Sequence record: ON529860.1
DNA: 64,000 nt
Direction: 5' to 3' (one strand)
Position 1 is the stretch's first letter. The number at the start of each line of letters is the position of its first letter. The notes under the pieces are model-generated. The model had not been told where the DNA came from. It searched no databases and saw nothing but the letters and a program-made list of their open reading frames with translations. A program made the position numbers and the translations under genes. Of the stretch, positions 9,201 to 18,872 are shown piece after piece.

Positions 9201-10037
9201 TTAGAAGCGACGGCCACGGCCGGCGGGGGCCGCCGCTGCGGGAGCGGCTTGCTCCTGGGTTTCCGCCGGAGCGGCGTTGGCCGAGCGGGGGGTGCCCGCC
9301 GAGGCCGGGGCGTCGCGACGTCCGCCGCGCTTCGGCGCTTCAGCGGCCGGTTCCGGAGTGGGTTCCGGCGCCGGCAGCGCGGCCTGCTGGTTCACTTCGC
9401 CTTCGGCGGCGTAGTCGTCGGCGTTGGAGCCTTCGCCTTCCTTGTAGCCGGCGAACTCATCCTGGGTGATCCAGCCCTTGATCGTGAACTTCGGCGCGTG
9501 CTTCTTGACCTTGCGGCCGCCGTCGCGGGGCTTGGCTTCGAACTCGTTGGCGCCGAGTTCGATGACCGGGACCATGCCGGGGTTGTTCTTGAACTGGCGC
9601 GCGAAGTCCTTCATGACCGCTTCCAGGGCGTTCATCTTCGAGCGGTTGTTCGCCTGGAACAGCAGGGCCGGGGCGTCGCCCTCGATCGGCACGAACTCGA
9701 TCGTCTTCTGCTCCGACCAGCCGTCGTCCTGGCCGTAGGGGCCGTAGTCGGGCAGCAGGTGCTTCTGCGGCGGAACGCCCTCTTCGAGGGTCATCATGAT
9801 CTCTTCCTGGACCTTGCCGTCCTTCCAGCAAATCCAGCCGCGCTTCAGCGTGCGCGGGTCCATCGCCGCCTGGGTGCCGATCTCCAGATCGGTGTCGTCG
9901 GCGCCGTAGCTGTAATAGCCGTCGTTGCCGTTGAACTTCAGGAAGGCCGATCCGCCGCCACCGCCACGGTAGCTTTGGGCTTCGGCCGCGAGGGCGGCGT
10001 AATAGTCGTCCGTGGACGTAACGAGAGCGTTGCTCAT
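9201..10037 (-). CDS. Probable single-stranded DNA-binding protein
   Basis: Aromatic-rich N-domain (FLKFNGNDGYYSYG...RGWICWKDG), low-complexity acidic/Ala-Pro tail, and a position between helicase and exonuclease. The function is inferred. Confidence 0.55.
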   Translation of the reverse strand: MSNALVTSTDDYYAALAAEAQSYRGGGGGSAFLKFNGNDGYYSYGADDTDLEIGTQAAMDPRTLKRGWICWKDGKVQEEIMMTLEEGVPPQKHLLPDYGPYGQDDGWSEQKTIEFVPIEGDAPALLFQANNRSKMNALEAVMKDFARQFKNNPGMVPVIELGANEFEAKPRDGGRKVKKHAPKFTIKGWITQDEFAGYKEGEGSNADDYAAEGEVNQQAALPAPEPTPEPAAEAPKRGGRRDAPASAGTPRSANAAPAETQEQAAPAAAAPAGRGRRF

Positions 10038-10089
10038 CTTCTTCTACTTCTAAATCTAAGACTAAGTCTAAGGGGTTGGGGGTTTCCCG

Positions 10090-10136
10090 CCCGACTACGC
10101 GCCGGGCGGGAGTTGTCCTCCCGACTACGCGCCGGG
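10090..10136. repeat. Two identical 17-nt repeats, each forming a hairpin
   Basis: CCCGACTACGCGCCGGG occurs at 10090-10106 and 10120-10136. Confidence 0.9.
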
Positions 10137-10243
10137 TGAACGGGGTCTTTCGTCAGACCATTTTGCGTTTTGTTGTTATTGTCGAGAGGTGGCTTCGACG
10201 AATATAGTCTTAGCACAAATCTCATCTTGTCGGAAGTAAAACG

Positions 10244-11341
10244 CTACTCCTCGTCAGAGATTTTTGGACCCTTTTCCTTAATGGTGAGGCGATCGTGACC
10301 TTCCGACGTCTTGGTGAAATCATCCACCGGAAGCCCTGCGGCCCGCATGGCTTCAACGTCGTAGGTCTTCCTGCCCTTCATCCAGGAGAGGGAAACCTTC
10401 GCCAGACCGGGCACCTCGGCCCGACGAACTCCAACGTCGCGGAACCAGGCCTTAAGTCTCTCTGAGGCTGACCTGTATGCCGCTTCCGAGGCCTTGCGCG
10501 CTGCGGACGCCGCCCGCTCTTCGCGCAAGATGTCCTCGAATTCCTTCATGATCGGCATCGCCATATTGCTGGCGTTGGCTTCACCCTGGGTCGGCGTGGA
10601 AAGCCGCGACGCCTTGGCGCAAGCCTGGGTGAACTTGCAGTAGGTGCAGCCGCCGTCGACCTTGCCCTCGGGATAGACCTGGCCGACATCCTTGATGGTG
10701 TAGACCGATCGGGCGCGCTCCTTGGCGATGTCGTAGGTGTGCTGATCGAACGGGATCACGAACACTTCGATGTCGTCGAAGAAGGAGGCGTCGATGTAGA
10801 CGATCACCGCATAGTTCGGCCGATAGTCGGTCGTCTCGCGGATCGTGCCCATCTGCACCTGGGTCTGGCCCCGGTGAATCCCCTTCTCCTCCTTCAGATT
10901 TACGCGGGGATCGATCGACTTGATCTCAAAGTTGAAGCATCCCGTGCCGCCCAGGCTGGGAATGCCGTAGACGGCGAGGGCGTCGTCGTCGGCGTCGATG
11001 ACCAGACCGTCCGGCGTGGCGGTGAGAGGCGCGTCGGCGGCTCGGAACGTCTGCTGGTCGTCGCCGCCCCAGATCAGGCGGGTGTCCCAGAAGTAGTTCT
11101 CCAGAAACCACTTGACCGCCGGCTCGGCGAAGTGCTGCTCGATCAGGTCGCCGCGTTGCAGGGCGCCCCAGCTTTCGACATAGTCCTTGTCGACCTCGCC
11201 GCCGTGCTTGGCGAACCACGTCTTGCGCAGACAGCCGAACGCCTCCGAGGCGCCGACCGTCTTGGAGCGGTCATGCGCCCAGACTTTCTGGTGGCCCTTG
11301 ACGTAGGTGTCGTAGGCTTCCTTGAAGTCGATTTCAGCCAT
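10244..11341 (-). CDS. Cas4-like PD-(D/E)xK exonuclease
   Basis: GASEAFGC, ATPDGL, FEIKS, Q-x-Q-x2-M and CTYCKFTQAC (a four-Cys Fe-S arrangement). Confidence 0.85.
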   Translation of the reverse strand: MAEIDFKEAYDTYVKGHQKVWAHDRSKTVGASEAFGCLRKTWFAKHGGEVDKDYVESWGALQRGDLIEQHFAEPAVKWFLENYFWDTRLIWGGDDQQTFRAADAPLTATPDGLVIDADDDALAVYGIPSLGGTGCFNFEIKSIDPRVNLKEEKGIHRGQTQVQMGTIRETTDYRPNYAVIVYIDASFFDDIEVFVIPFDQHTYDIAKERARSVYTIKDVGQVYPEGKVDGGCTYCKFTQACAKASRLSTPTQGEANASNMAMPIMKEFEDILREERAASAARKASEAAYRSASERLKAWFRDVGVRRAEVPGLAKVSLSWMKGRKTYDVEAMRAAGLPVDDFTKTSEGHDRLTIKEKGPKISDEE

Positions 11342-11484
11342 TACGGATTTCGTGACTCATTCAGACCGGCGCGGCGCCGGACATGTTGGGCGGGTCGCCG
11401 GGCATGAAGAGCGCGACGAGCAAAAGCAGGAGGGCGAGGGCTTCCATCACAACAACAGGATGAAGCGCGGCAGGAGCGTCTCGG

Positions 11485-12099
11485 TCACGTCGCCGCCTCG
11501 GCCTTGGCGGCGCGCTCGGCCGCCAGGTGGTCCTGGATGAACCAGAAGAGGTCACGGCAGTCGATCACGTCGCCGATCGCCTGGTGAGCCGAGGTCGGTT
11601 CACGCCCCAGCAGCTTGCGCACCGCGTCTTCCAGCTTGGGCCAGGCGTAGCCCTGATAGCCGTTCTTGTTGGGGAACTTGCAGATCGGAATGCCGGTCTG
11701 CATGGTGCAGAACTGCTGCTTGCCCTGGAAGACGTCGAGGGCCGGATTGCCCGACAGCAGACGCGCCGCGTTGTTGACGATGTTGACGTCGAACTCGATG
11801 TTGTGCGCCACCAGAACATCGGCGACCGCGACCATGTCGCAGAACACATCCAGAACCGGTCCTTCCGTCAGGCCGATCGCCTGAGACACCGCCGTGGTGG
11901 TGCCGTGGACGTTGGACGAGGCCAGCGGAATGGGCTGGTCGCGGTAGACGATCAGGTCCATGCGCATGAGTTCGGCGCGCGTGTCGCTGTCCTGAAGGAT
12001 CGCGGCGATCTGGACGATGCGCGGTTGAGCCTCGTGGCCGCACGGCGAACGCTTGTCCCAGAGGCCGGTGGTTTCGGTGTCGAAGAAGAGCAGGTTCAC
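11485..12099 (-). CDS. DnaQ-like DEDDh 3'-5' exonuclease
   Basis: FFDTETTG, VAHNIEFD and AHQAIGD motifs. Confidence 0.9.
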   Translation of the reverse strand: MNLLFFDTETTGLWDKRSPCGHEAQPRIVQIAAILQDSDTRAELMRMDLIVYRDQPIPLASSNVHGTTTAVSQAIGLTEGPVLDVFCDMVAVADVLVAHNIEFDVNIVNNAARLLSGNPALDVFQGKQQFCTMQTGIPICKFPNKNGYQGYAWPKLEDAVRKLLGREPTSAHQAIGDVIDCRDLFWFIQDHLAAERAAKAEAAT

Positions 12100-12100
12100 G

Positions 12101-12607
12101 TCACGCGTCTCCCGACGGAGTCGGATTCTTCAAGGCGTCAAGACGCTCCTTGAGGAAGTCGGTCATGTAGGCGACGGTCCCCTCGGGCGCGGGGCGTTCC
12201 GACGCCTCCGTCGCACGGACCATGGCGTGGATTTGATCCTGAGCCGCGCAGGCGGCGTTGGCCTGCGCCTGGGCGTAGGCCGCCATGGTCGTCAGGATGT
12301 GGGCCGCCACCAGGGTGTAGCCCTCGAACATTCCCCGCGTCCGGACGGCGGCCGCGTGATTGATCAACGCCCAGGCGGCGTTGAAGACGAACCAGCCGAT
12401 CGCCGCCAGCATGGTGACGCGAAGCAGGCCGGCGGATGGCGCGCCGATGAGGCCGGGCGCCAGGGCGTGCCCGATCGTGAAGAACAGCGTCAGGCCGCTG
12501 GTGACCAACAACAGCAGCGAGGTCAGGGCGCGAAAGCCCGCCGCGTCCGCCGCAGGCTGATGCGGCGTTGGTTTCACCGGCTTGTTGAGGGGAGTGTCGG
12601 AGGACAT
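12101..12607 (-). CDS. Hypothetical membrane protein (about 2-3 TM)
   Basis: ATG at 12607, with hydrophobic segments and a promoter upstream. Confidence 0.7.
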   Translation of the reverse strand: MSSDTPLNKPVKPTPHQPAADAAGFRALTSLLLLVTSGLTLFFTIGHALAPGLIGAPSAGLLRVTMLAAIGWFVFNAAWALINHAAAVRTRGMFEGYTLVAAHILTTMAAYAQAQANAACAAQDQIHAMVRATEASERPAPEGTVAYMTDFLKERLDALKNPTPSGDA

Positions 12608-12632
12608 CGGGGCGTCTCGTTCTTGAGGGTCT

Positions 12633-12673
12633 TTGTTAACCATATTGGCGATGAATGTCAACATTCCCGGCAA
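12633..12673 (-). promoter_or_regulatory. Promoter with an upstream TTGCC-N7 element
   Basis: TTGCC-N7-TTGACA-17 nt-TAACAA. Confidence 0.6.
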
Positions 12674-12698
12674 TGAAATGCCGGAAAATGTGACTCCA

Positions 12699-15182
12699 TC
12701 AGTGCGTTTCAGACCAGCGACGGCCGAACTTGGTGTCCACGTCGACGGGCAGGCGGAAGCCGAAGCCGGCGCCGGCGTCGTAGGCCGCGTCCCTGATGTT
12801 TTTCTCGCAGATCGCCATGATCCGGGCGTCGTCGCGAACGGCGACCTGGAGTTCGTCGTGAATCCAGGCGACGATGGCGAAATCGCCGTCCCAGCCATGT
12901 TTCAGGCCGTCTTCCAGGCAGTATTCGTGGAAGTTCACGCACCACTGCTTGGCGATGGTGGCGCCGGCGCCCTGAAGCAGGGTGTTCAAGGCGGCGTGCT
13001 GCGCCCGCACGAACAGTCGACGCCCATCCATCGCGTCCAGCATGCCGGACTTGGCCTGCTTCTGGATATTCTTGACCACCATGCCCAGGGCGGGAATGCG
13101 GGTCATCAGGCGACGGCGCATTTCGGCGCCGACCTTCTTGGCCTCGGTCGGCCGCAGCGCCAGCGCCGGGTCGATGACCGTGCCCAGCTTGAAGTCCTGG
13201 GCGCCGTAGATCAGGGCGTAGATGAAGGTCTTGGCCGTGTCGCGGTTGTTCAGTTCCAGCGCGGCGGTGTGCAGGTCGTGAGGATCGGATTCGACCACCA
13301 GGCGGCCGTAGACGCCGTCGTCGAACTCCGCCATGAAGTGACCGAGGGCGCGCAGTTCGATGCCCTTCTGGTCGGAACCCATCAGAATCCAGCCCTTGGG
13401 CACGATGAACAGGTCGCGGCAGTTCCAGCCGTGATCGCCGGGGCGGCCCTTGAGCATCTGCTTCTTGGTCAGAATCTTCTGACCCTCGTCCAGCAGATAC
13501 CAGCCGTCACGGCCGTCGATCGCCTCGACCCGGACGAACTCGCCCGCCTCGTTGAGATAGCCGTTCAGGCCGTCGCGCACGATGACGTCCAGCGCCGAGC
13601 CGTCCTTCATCTTGGCCTTGGCGGGGTTTCCTTCAAGCTGCTTGCCGGTCAACGGATCGAGCAGCGGCGTCAGATCGGCGCGGTGCTCGAAGACCTGCTT
13701 GTCGTCAGGGCCGTCGACCCAGTAGCCGTAGATGATCTTGCCCTGCTGGAAGTCGATGCCGACGCCCGCCTCCAGCCACTGCTTCAGCTTCTTGAAGACG
13801 ACGCGAGGGACCTGGGCGATGTTCGGGTTGGCGTGCGAGGCGCGGTTGGTCACCGTCCCGCCGACGTTGAACGTCGGGTGGATGCGTCCGTCGCCGCGCT
13901 CCAGGGCCTTGCCGATCCAGCCGTTCTTGCCGTCGACAAGCTGGCCGAGCCGCTTGTTGTAGTAGAAGAGTTCGGCCAGTTCGTCGCAGATCGGAATCGT
14001 CTGGGCGAGGTCGCGCAGGATTTCGTCGTTGACGGCGATGCCGCCGGCTTCCGTCTTGTCGCGGTCGTCGTGATCCCAGCCGTAGACCTTTTCCAGTCGC
14101 TCGATGATCTGCGGGCGCGAGCCGGGGTTGAACTCCTTCAGTTCCACCGGGCAGTAGGCGCAGCCTTCCATCCGGTCCGGCTTGCCCGAGCCCGGCTTGA
14201 ACTTCATCGTCTTCTTGGGAACCGTGATGTCGCCCCAGTTGGAGCGGCCCAGGTCTTCGCCGTGCTCGGTGCGCGGCTTGTAGGCGATCTTGGTCTTCTT
14301 GATCTTCCCGTCATCGTCCAGCAGGGGCTTGCCGGTCTCGGGATCAAGCATCTCGACCGTGTATTCCTTGCCGACGGTCTTCCACTTCGACGGCACCCAC
14401 CACTCGCCGAAGTGCGCGATCGCCTTGCGCTGCTTCTCGTCGACGACTTCGCGCAGTTCGGCCTCAAGGGCGCGCGCGGCCTCCATGTCGAAGGGGAAGC
14501 CGTTGTTGGTGACCTCCTCCATCAGGGCGTGGACGCGGTGCTCCAGCGTGATCGACTGTTCGGAGTGCCGGCGCGGGTCGGCCTCCATCAACCGCCACAG
14601 GGCCTCGTTGACGTTCAAGTCCTGAACGCAGTAGTCCTCCATCTCCTGGTTCCATTCGGACCAGACGAGACGGATCAGTTCTTCCTTCGGGTAGTCCGGG
14701 TAGAGGGACTTGTAGTAGGCCTGCTGGGTCTTGGCGTAGTCGCCCTTGGGGAAGCCCAGGCGCTGGCCCCAGGCCTCAAGGCCGTGACGGCCGATCTGGG
14801 CGCCCTCGATCTCGTCGCGCTTGAAGCGGCGGAAGTCGCGTTCCTTCTCGTCCGCATAGAAGATGCGGCTCAGCACCATGGTGTCGCGCACCAGGGCGTT
14901 GCACTGGAACTGCGGGTAGAGCAGTTCGATCGCGGGAATATCGAAGCCCACGATGTTGTGCCCGACCAGCAGGTCGGCCTCGGCCAGCATCGCCACGCCG
15001 CGCGCGATCTGGTCCGTCCGCTTGTTCTTGCGGAAGACGTGCGTCTGACGCGTGGTCAGATCGCGGATCGCGAGGATGTGGATACGGCTCTTGACGTCGT
15101 CGCCCTTGTGGGCGGTCAGATAGGGCAGCAGGCCCGTCGTTTCGATGTCGAAGAGGTACTGCTTACCGGGGGGCAGTTGCAT
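12699..15182 (-). CDS. polA: Family A DNA polymerase, T7 gp5-like, with a 3'-5' exonuclease domain
   Basis: FDIETTG, GHNIVGFD, YCVQD, SHANPNIAQVP, GSDQKGIELR, AKTFIYALIYGA, ALNTLLQGAGA and IHDELQ. Confidence 0.95.
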   Translation of the reverse strand: MQLPPGKQYLFDIETTGLLPYLTAHKGDDVKSRIHILAIRDLTTRQTHVFRKNKRTDQIARGVAMLAEADLLVGHNIVGFDIPAIELLYPQFQCNALVRDTMVLSRIFYADEKERDFRRFKRDEIEGAQIGRHGLEAWGQRLGFPKGDYAKTQQAYYKSLYPDYPKEELIRLVWSEWNQEMEDYCVQDLNVNEALWRLMEADPRRHSEQSITLEHRVHALMEEVTNNGFPFDMEAARALEAELREVVDEKQRKAIAHFGEWWVPSKWKTVGKEYTVEMLDPETGKPLLDDDGKIKKTKIAYKPRTEHGEDLGRSNWGDITVPKKTMKFKPGSGKPDRMEGCAYCPVELKEFNPGSRPQIIERLEKVYGWDHDDRDKTEAGGIAVNDEILRDLAQTIPICDELAELFYYNKRLGQLVDGKNGWIGKALERGDGRIHPTFNVGGTVTNRASHANPNIAQVPRVVFKKLKQWLEAGVGIDFQQGKIIYGYWVDGPDDKQVFEHRADLTPLLDPLTGKQLEGNPAKAKMKDGSALDVIVRDGLNGYLNEAGEFVRVEAIDGRDGWYLLDEGQKILTKKQMLKGRPGDHGWNCRDLFIVPKGWILMGSDQKGIELRALGHFMAEFDDGVYGRLVVESDPHDLHTAALELNNRDTAKTFIYALIYGAQDFKLGTVIDPALALRPTEAKKVGAEMRRRLMTRIPALGMVVKNIQKQAKSGMLDAMDGRRLFVRAQHAALNTLLQGAGATIAKQWCVNFHEYCLEDGLKHGWDGDFAIVAWIHDELQVAVRDDARIMAICEKNIRDAAYDAGAGFGFRLPVDVDTKFGRRWSETH

Positions 15183-15317
15183 CAGAAGTGACCAGTTGGC
15201 GCAGGTCCCCGGCCGTGATCGGGCCGGGGCTGAGCAGTTGTTGGATCAGGGCGGCGGGCACGCCAGCCGCCCTAAGCATCGTCGCGGGGTCGCGAGACAT
15301 CAGCAGCGGCGGAGGAG

Positions 15318-16325
15318 TCACGCTGCTTCGCGTTTCATGACTCTATCCAGACGTTCGCCGAGCCAGCGGACGACCGGAACAGCCAGGGAGTTGCCGATGG
15401 CGGTGCGGCGCGCCGTGACCGAGGCGCCGGGGATGTCGGTGTAGCCGTCCGGCATCCCTTGCAGGCGCTCGTATTCCACCGGGGTCAGGGCGCGCACGAC
15501 CCAGCGCCCTTCATGCTGGGTCAGGACCTGGGCGACGGACCCGCCGCCGGCGGCCGTGCGCAGGCAGTTGGAAACCTCGTCGCCCTGCTCGATCTGCTGG
15601 GCCTTGACGCCCTTCAGGAGGCGTCCACGGATGGCGATGCGATAGGCAGGGGCGATAGCGCCTCCAGCAGTTCCGGCGACAGGGTCCGTCCCGCCGCCCG
15701 CGCGTTCGCCAGCAGCGTCGCCTTGCGATCCTCGCTCAAAAAGAACGTCGCGGGGATCGATTCCGCCCCGAGGACACGCGACAACGTAGACGCGCTCGCG
15801 TTGTTGGGGCAGGCCGAAGTGTTGTGCGTCCAGGACTCGCCAAGCAATGGCCCGTTTGGGGCCAAGCACATAACCAGCGTTCGTCCACCGATCCCCTGAC
15901 GGGACGAGGTTCCCAAACTCTCCGGCCAGGGCTCCGAGGAATTGTCCAAAGGCGTTGCAGTCATCGGTGAGCAGTCCGGGCACGTTTTCGAAGAAGAAGA
16001 CATCAGGATCGATTTCGTCGATCAGCTTGATGCCGGCGAGGGTGAGGAAGCCACGGCCGCCGTCGACACCGGCCTTCTTGCCGGCCTCGGAAAAATCCTG
16101 ACAGGGGAAGGAGGCCCACAGGATGTTGACGGCCTTGCGGAAGGCTTCGCCGTCGATCGTCAGCAGGTTGCCCAGGTTGGGCGTTTCGCCGTAGCGGTGA
16201 TGCAGAAATCGGGTCGGGAAGGCGGCGTTGTCGGCAAAGAATACCGGCTTCAGCTTGAGGTCCTTCCACGCCAGAGACACGGCTTCAATGCCGGAGCAGA
16301 GGGTGGCGAAGGTGCGTTGGGTCAT
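15318..16325 (-). CDS. dcm: C5 cytosine DNA methyltransferase
   Basis: TLCSGIE, ASFPCQDFS, FENVPG, QQRERVY, RALTPVEYERLQG and IGNS. Confidence 0.92.
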   Translation of the reverse strand: MTQRTFATLCSGIEAVSLAWKDLKLKPVFFADNAAFPTRFLHHRYGETPNLGNLLTIDGEAFRKAVNILWASFPCQDFSEAGKKAGVDGGRGFLTLAGIKLIDEIDPDVFFFENVPGLLTDDCNAFGQFLGALAGEFGNLVPSGDRWTNAGYVLGPKRAIAWRVLDAQHFGLPQQRERVYVVACPRGGIDPRDVLFERGSQGDAAGERAGGGTDPVAGTAGGAIAPAYRIAIRGRLLKGVKAQQIEQGDEVSNCLRTAAGGGSVAQVLTQHEGRWVVRALTPVEYERLQGMPDGYTDIPGASVTARRTAIGNSLAVPVVRWLGERLDRVMKREAA

Positions 16326-16386
16326 GGGTCCGGTATGGTTAACGAATGCCGTAGATGGAGTCAAGGATTGACGGGAAAACTGACAA

Positions 16387-17163
16387 TCACTCCACCTGAC
16401 CCGGCCAGACACGGTCCGCCAGCCGCAGCAGGGCGCCGATGACCAGCTTCTTGTCCTTACCGTTGACGAAGGGGCTCATCGTCTCAGGCCAGCGCGGCGG
16501 CAGGCCCAGGAAGGGCAGGGTGCGCTCGGCCGCCTCGAACTCCGAGGCGGCGAAGGCGGCGACCTGCTGAAGACCGACGGCGTAGGAATGCAGGCCGTAC
16601 TGCTTCGCGTTGCCGCCGTCGTGGTAGCCCATGCCCAGGCGGATTTTCTCGATCTCGCTGTCGTAGGCCATCCAGCAGAACCGGCCGTCGGGCAGGTCGA
16701 GGTGCTGGGTGTCCCAGTCCAGCGGATGGCCGAAGGCGTCGATGCGGCAGCGATCGACGGCCTGGGAGAAGGGCTCCAGGCGGCCGATCGCCTTGATGGT
16801 GGAGACCAGAGGCATGAAGCGGCCCGCCGCCAGTTCCAGGCACGGGGTCTGGTCCAGCAGGGCGCGGTATTCCGCCACGGTTTGTCCGGCGCTCGACAGC
16901 GGATGGCGCTTGCCCTCGATCTGTTCGCGCAGCAGCAGGCCGTCGATCGGATCACGCGCCGCCAGCCATTCCACAAAGGCCGAGACGTGATACTCGTGCA
17001 CCTGAGGCCCCAGAATGTGGGCGCGCTGGAGTTCGTTGACCGATTCCATGCCAAAGCCGATGTGCAGGCTGTTGTTCTCGTCCTGGTGCAGGGCGTAGAG
17101 GAACAGCCGACTGGCGCCGGTGGCCTTCAGCGGCGTGCGTTCATAGGCGTTGAGGAGGCTCAC
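16387..17163 (-). CDS. Hypothetical protein
   Basis: The GTG start overlaps the upstream TGA; codon usage is normal. Confidence 0.7.
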   Translation of the reverse strand: MSLLNAYERTPLKATGASRLFLYALHQDENNSLHIGFGMESVNELQRAHILGPQVHEYHVSAFVEWLAARDPIDGLLLREQIEGKRHPLSSAGQTVAEYRALLDQTPCLELAAGRFMPLVSTIKAIGRLEPFSQAVDRCRIDAFGHPLDWDTQHLDLPDGRFCWMAYDSEIEKIRLGMGYHDGGNAKQYGLHSYAVGLQQVAAFAASEFEAAERTLPFLGLPPRWPETMSPFVNGKDKKLVIGALLRLADRVWPGQVE

Positions 17164-18872
17164 AGGCGCCACTTCGCTCCCTGCATGGTGATGATCTGGC
17201 GCTGGCCGTTGTGCAGGGTCACGACGTGGCTGTGCGACCACGACGAGAGGCCCTTGTTGTAGCCCATGTCCAGCTTGGAGGTGGTGCCGGAGACGAAGGC
17301 CCCGTCGATGATCTGACACGAATGGGTGTGCCCGGTGGTCGACTTGGCGCCGGCGCGGGTGAACTGCCGGGGATTGCCGCGCGCGCCATTGGCGCCCAGG
17401 TGCCCGTGCATGCCCTTTTCGATGTCCATCACCTGGAAGGACTCGTCCTCGCGCAGGAAGCGCACGCCTTCGCAGGCGATGTCGTCGAAATAGTCCGTCA
17501 GGACATATTCGAACACCGAGAAGTCGCCGTCATGTTCGCGGATCGCCTGGTAGGCGCGCCGCTGGCAGGCCAGGAAGAACTCGGCGTTGCGCGGATCGTG
17601 GCGATAGTCGGCTTCCTTGAGCCAGCGCTTCAGCGCCAGGTCATGGTTGGACTCCACCACGACCGTCTTGCAGAAATCCCGTCGCGTGGATTCGATGAAG
17701 GACGCCACCTCGCGCAGTTCCGTCTCGACGGAGTCGGCGCCGGCCACGAACAGGGCGAACATGTGGTGGGGATCGCGCAGATTGTGGTGGTTGCGCGCCT
17801 GGAAGTCGCAGACGTCGTGATAGAACTGGTACGACGGCCGCAGCGCGTCCAGGATCGGCATCGGATCGCTCTCGCCCGAGGTCGCCCAGCGCCGGCCGGA
17901 CCCGCGCCCCTTGGCGTCAAGCGGGTAGAAGCCGAAGCAGGACTTCGCCACGATCGGGTCGATCTGGGCGACATGGAGGTCGCCCCAGTTGATCGCCGCC
18001 ACGCGGTGACGGTGGGTGATCAGGGGCGTGTTGCCGCGCGCGGACTTGTCCGCGCGCGTCTGCACCCGGATGTCCAGGTCCATGAAGGAGCCGTCCGGCT
18101 CGGCGATCAGGTGGCGGCAGAAGAACTCGCCCTGGTCGTTCATCTCGACCAGCAAGGCCGCGACTTCGTGGTGGAAGGCCGCCTTGATGCCGGCCTTCTT
18201 CTTGACGTAGTTGGGCAGGGTGATCGAGCCGGTCGTCATGTTCTGCTTGGCCGGGGCGTGCTTCATCGTCGGGACCGACTGAAGCTGAACCTTGGCGTGC
18301 GGGAAGATGCCCCAACGATGCTTGGTGTAGGTTTCGAACCCGCTGAGCGGCGTGACCGCCGTCGGCAGGGTGTTCATCTCGCCGCAGTAGTCGATCTTGT
18401 CGCCCAGGCGGATGCGCTCGTTCGAGATGTAGGGCTCGATGCGGAAGTGGTAGTAGGGCTTCTGCTCGTTTCGACCCTTGTCATCGCCGTCTTTGGCGTG
18501 GCCCCGATACATCTTCTTGTTGTAGGTGTAGCCCGAGATCATGATCTGGCACGGGCCGTCCTTGGACAGATGATCGCGATAGGCTTCCAGGTTGGTCAGG
18601 AAGTCCTCATGGATCGACGTCTCGGACTGGGCCGAAGTCAGGATGAAGCGCTGCACGGTGCCGGGCGCGACCACGATCTTCTTCGGCTCGACCGGCGGGA
18701 TGTAGCTGAACGGGTCGCGGTGCACCTTGTGCAGGCGCAGTTGCAAGGTCGAGCGCGCCACGCCGTAGTGACGGCTGAACTGACGCTGGCCGCCCATCTC
18801 GGTGACGATGCGGTCGAGTTCCTCGGGCGAGACGGAGTCGAGGTCGAAGGACCCCTTGGCTTCAGCCGGCAA
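17160..18872 (-). CDS. Large phage metallophosphoesterase-like protein with an N-terminal HTH-like segment
   Basis: Calcineurin-like motifs WGDLH, HDVCD, ESNHD, MHGH and GHTHS; the N-terminus (GGQRQFSRHYGVARSTLQLRL) is HTH-like. Confidence 0.75.
   Translation of the reverse strand: MPAEAKGSFDLDSVSPEELDRIVTEMGGQRQFSRHYGVARSTLQLRLHKVHRDPFSYIPPVEPKKIVVAPGTVQRFILTSAQSETSIHEDFLTNLEAYRDHLSKDGPCQIMISGYTYNKKMYRGHAKDGDDKGRNEQKPYYHFRIEPYISNERIRLGDKIDYCGEMNTLPTAVTPLSGFETYTKHRWGIFPHAKVQLQSVPTMKHAPAKQNMTTGSITLPNYVKKKAGIKAAFHHEVAALLVEMNDQGEFFCRHLIAEPDGSFMDLDIRVQTRADKSARGNTPLITHRHRVAAINWGDLHVAQIDPIVAKSCFGFYPLDAKGRGSGRRWATSGESDPMPILDALRPSYQFYHDVCDFQARNHHNLRDPHHMFALFVAGADSVETELREVASFIESTRRDFCKTVVVESNHDLALKRWLKEADYRHDPRNAEFFLACQRRAYQAIREHDGDFSVFEYVLTDYFDDIACEGVRFLREDESFQVMDIEKGMHGHLGANGARGNPRQFTRAGAKSTTGHTHSCQIIDGAFVSGTTSKLDMGYNKGLSSWSHSHVVTLHNGQRQIITMQGAKWRL

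Noticed and set aside
10244-11341. Cas4-like gene as evidence of a CRISPR-Cas system
   Set aside because: No repeat-spacer array or other cas genes are visible. Solo Cas4-like nucleases are common in phage replication modules.
11341-11490. Tiny ORFs between the DnaQ and Cas4-like genes, and at 15159-15300
   Set aside because: They are under 50 aa with no motif. They may be real but cannot be supported from sequence alone.
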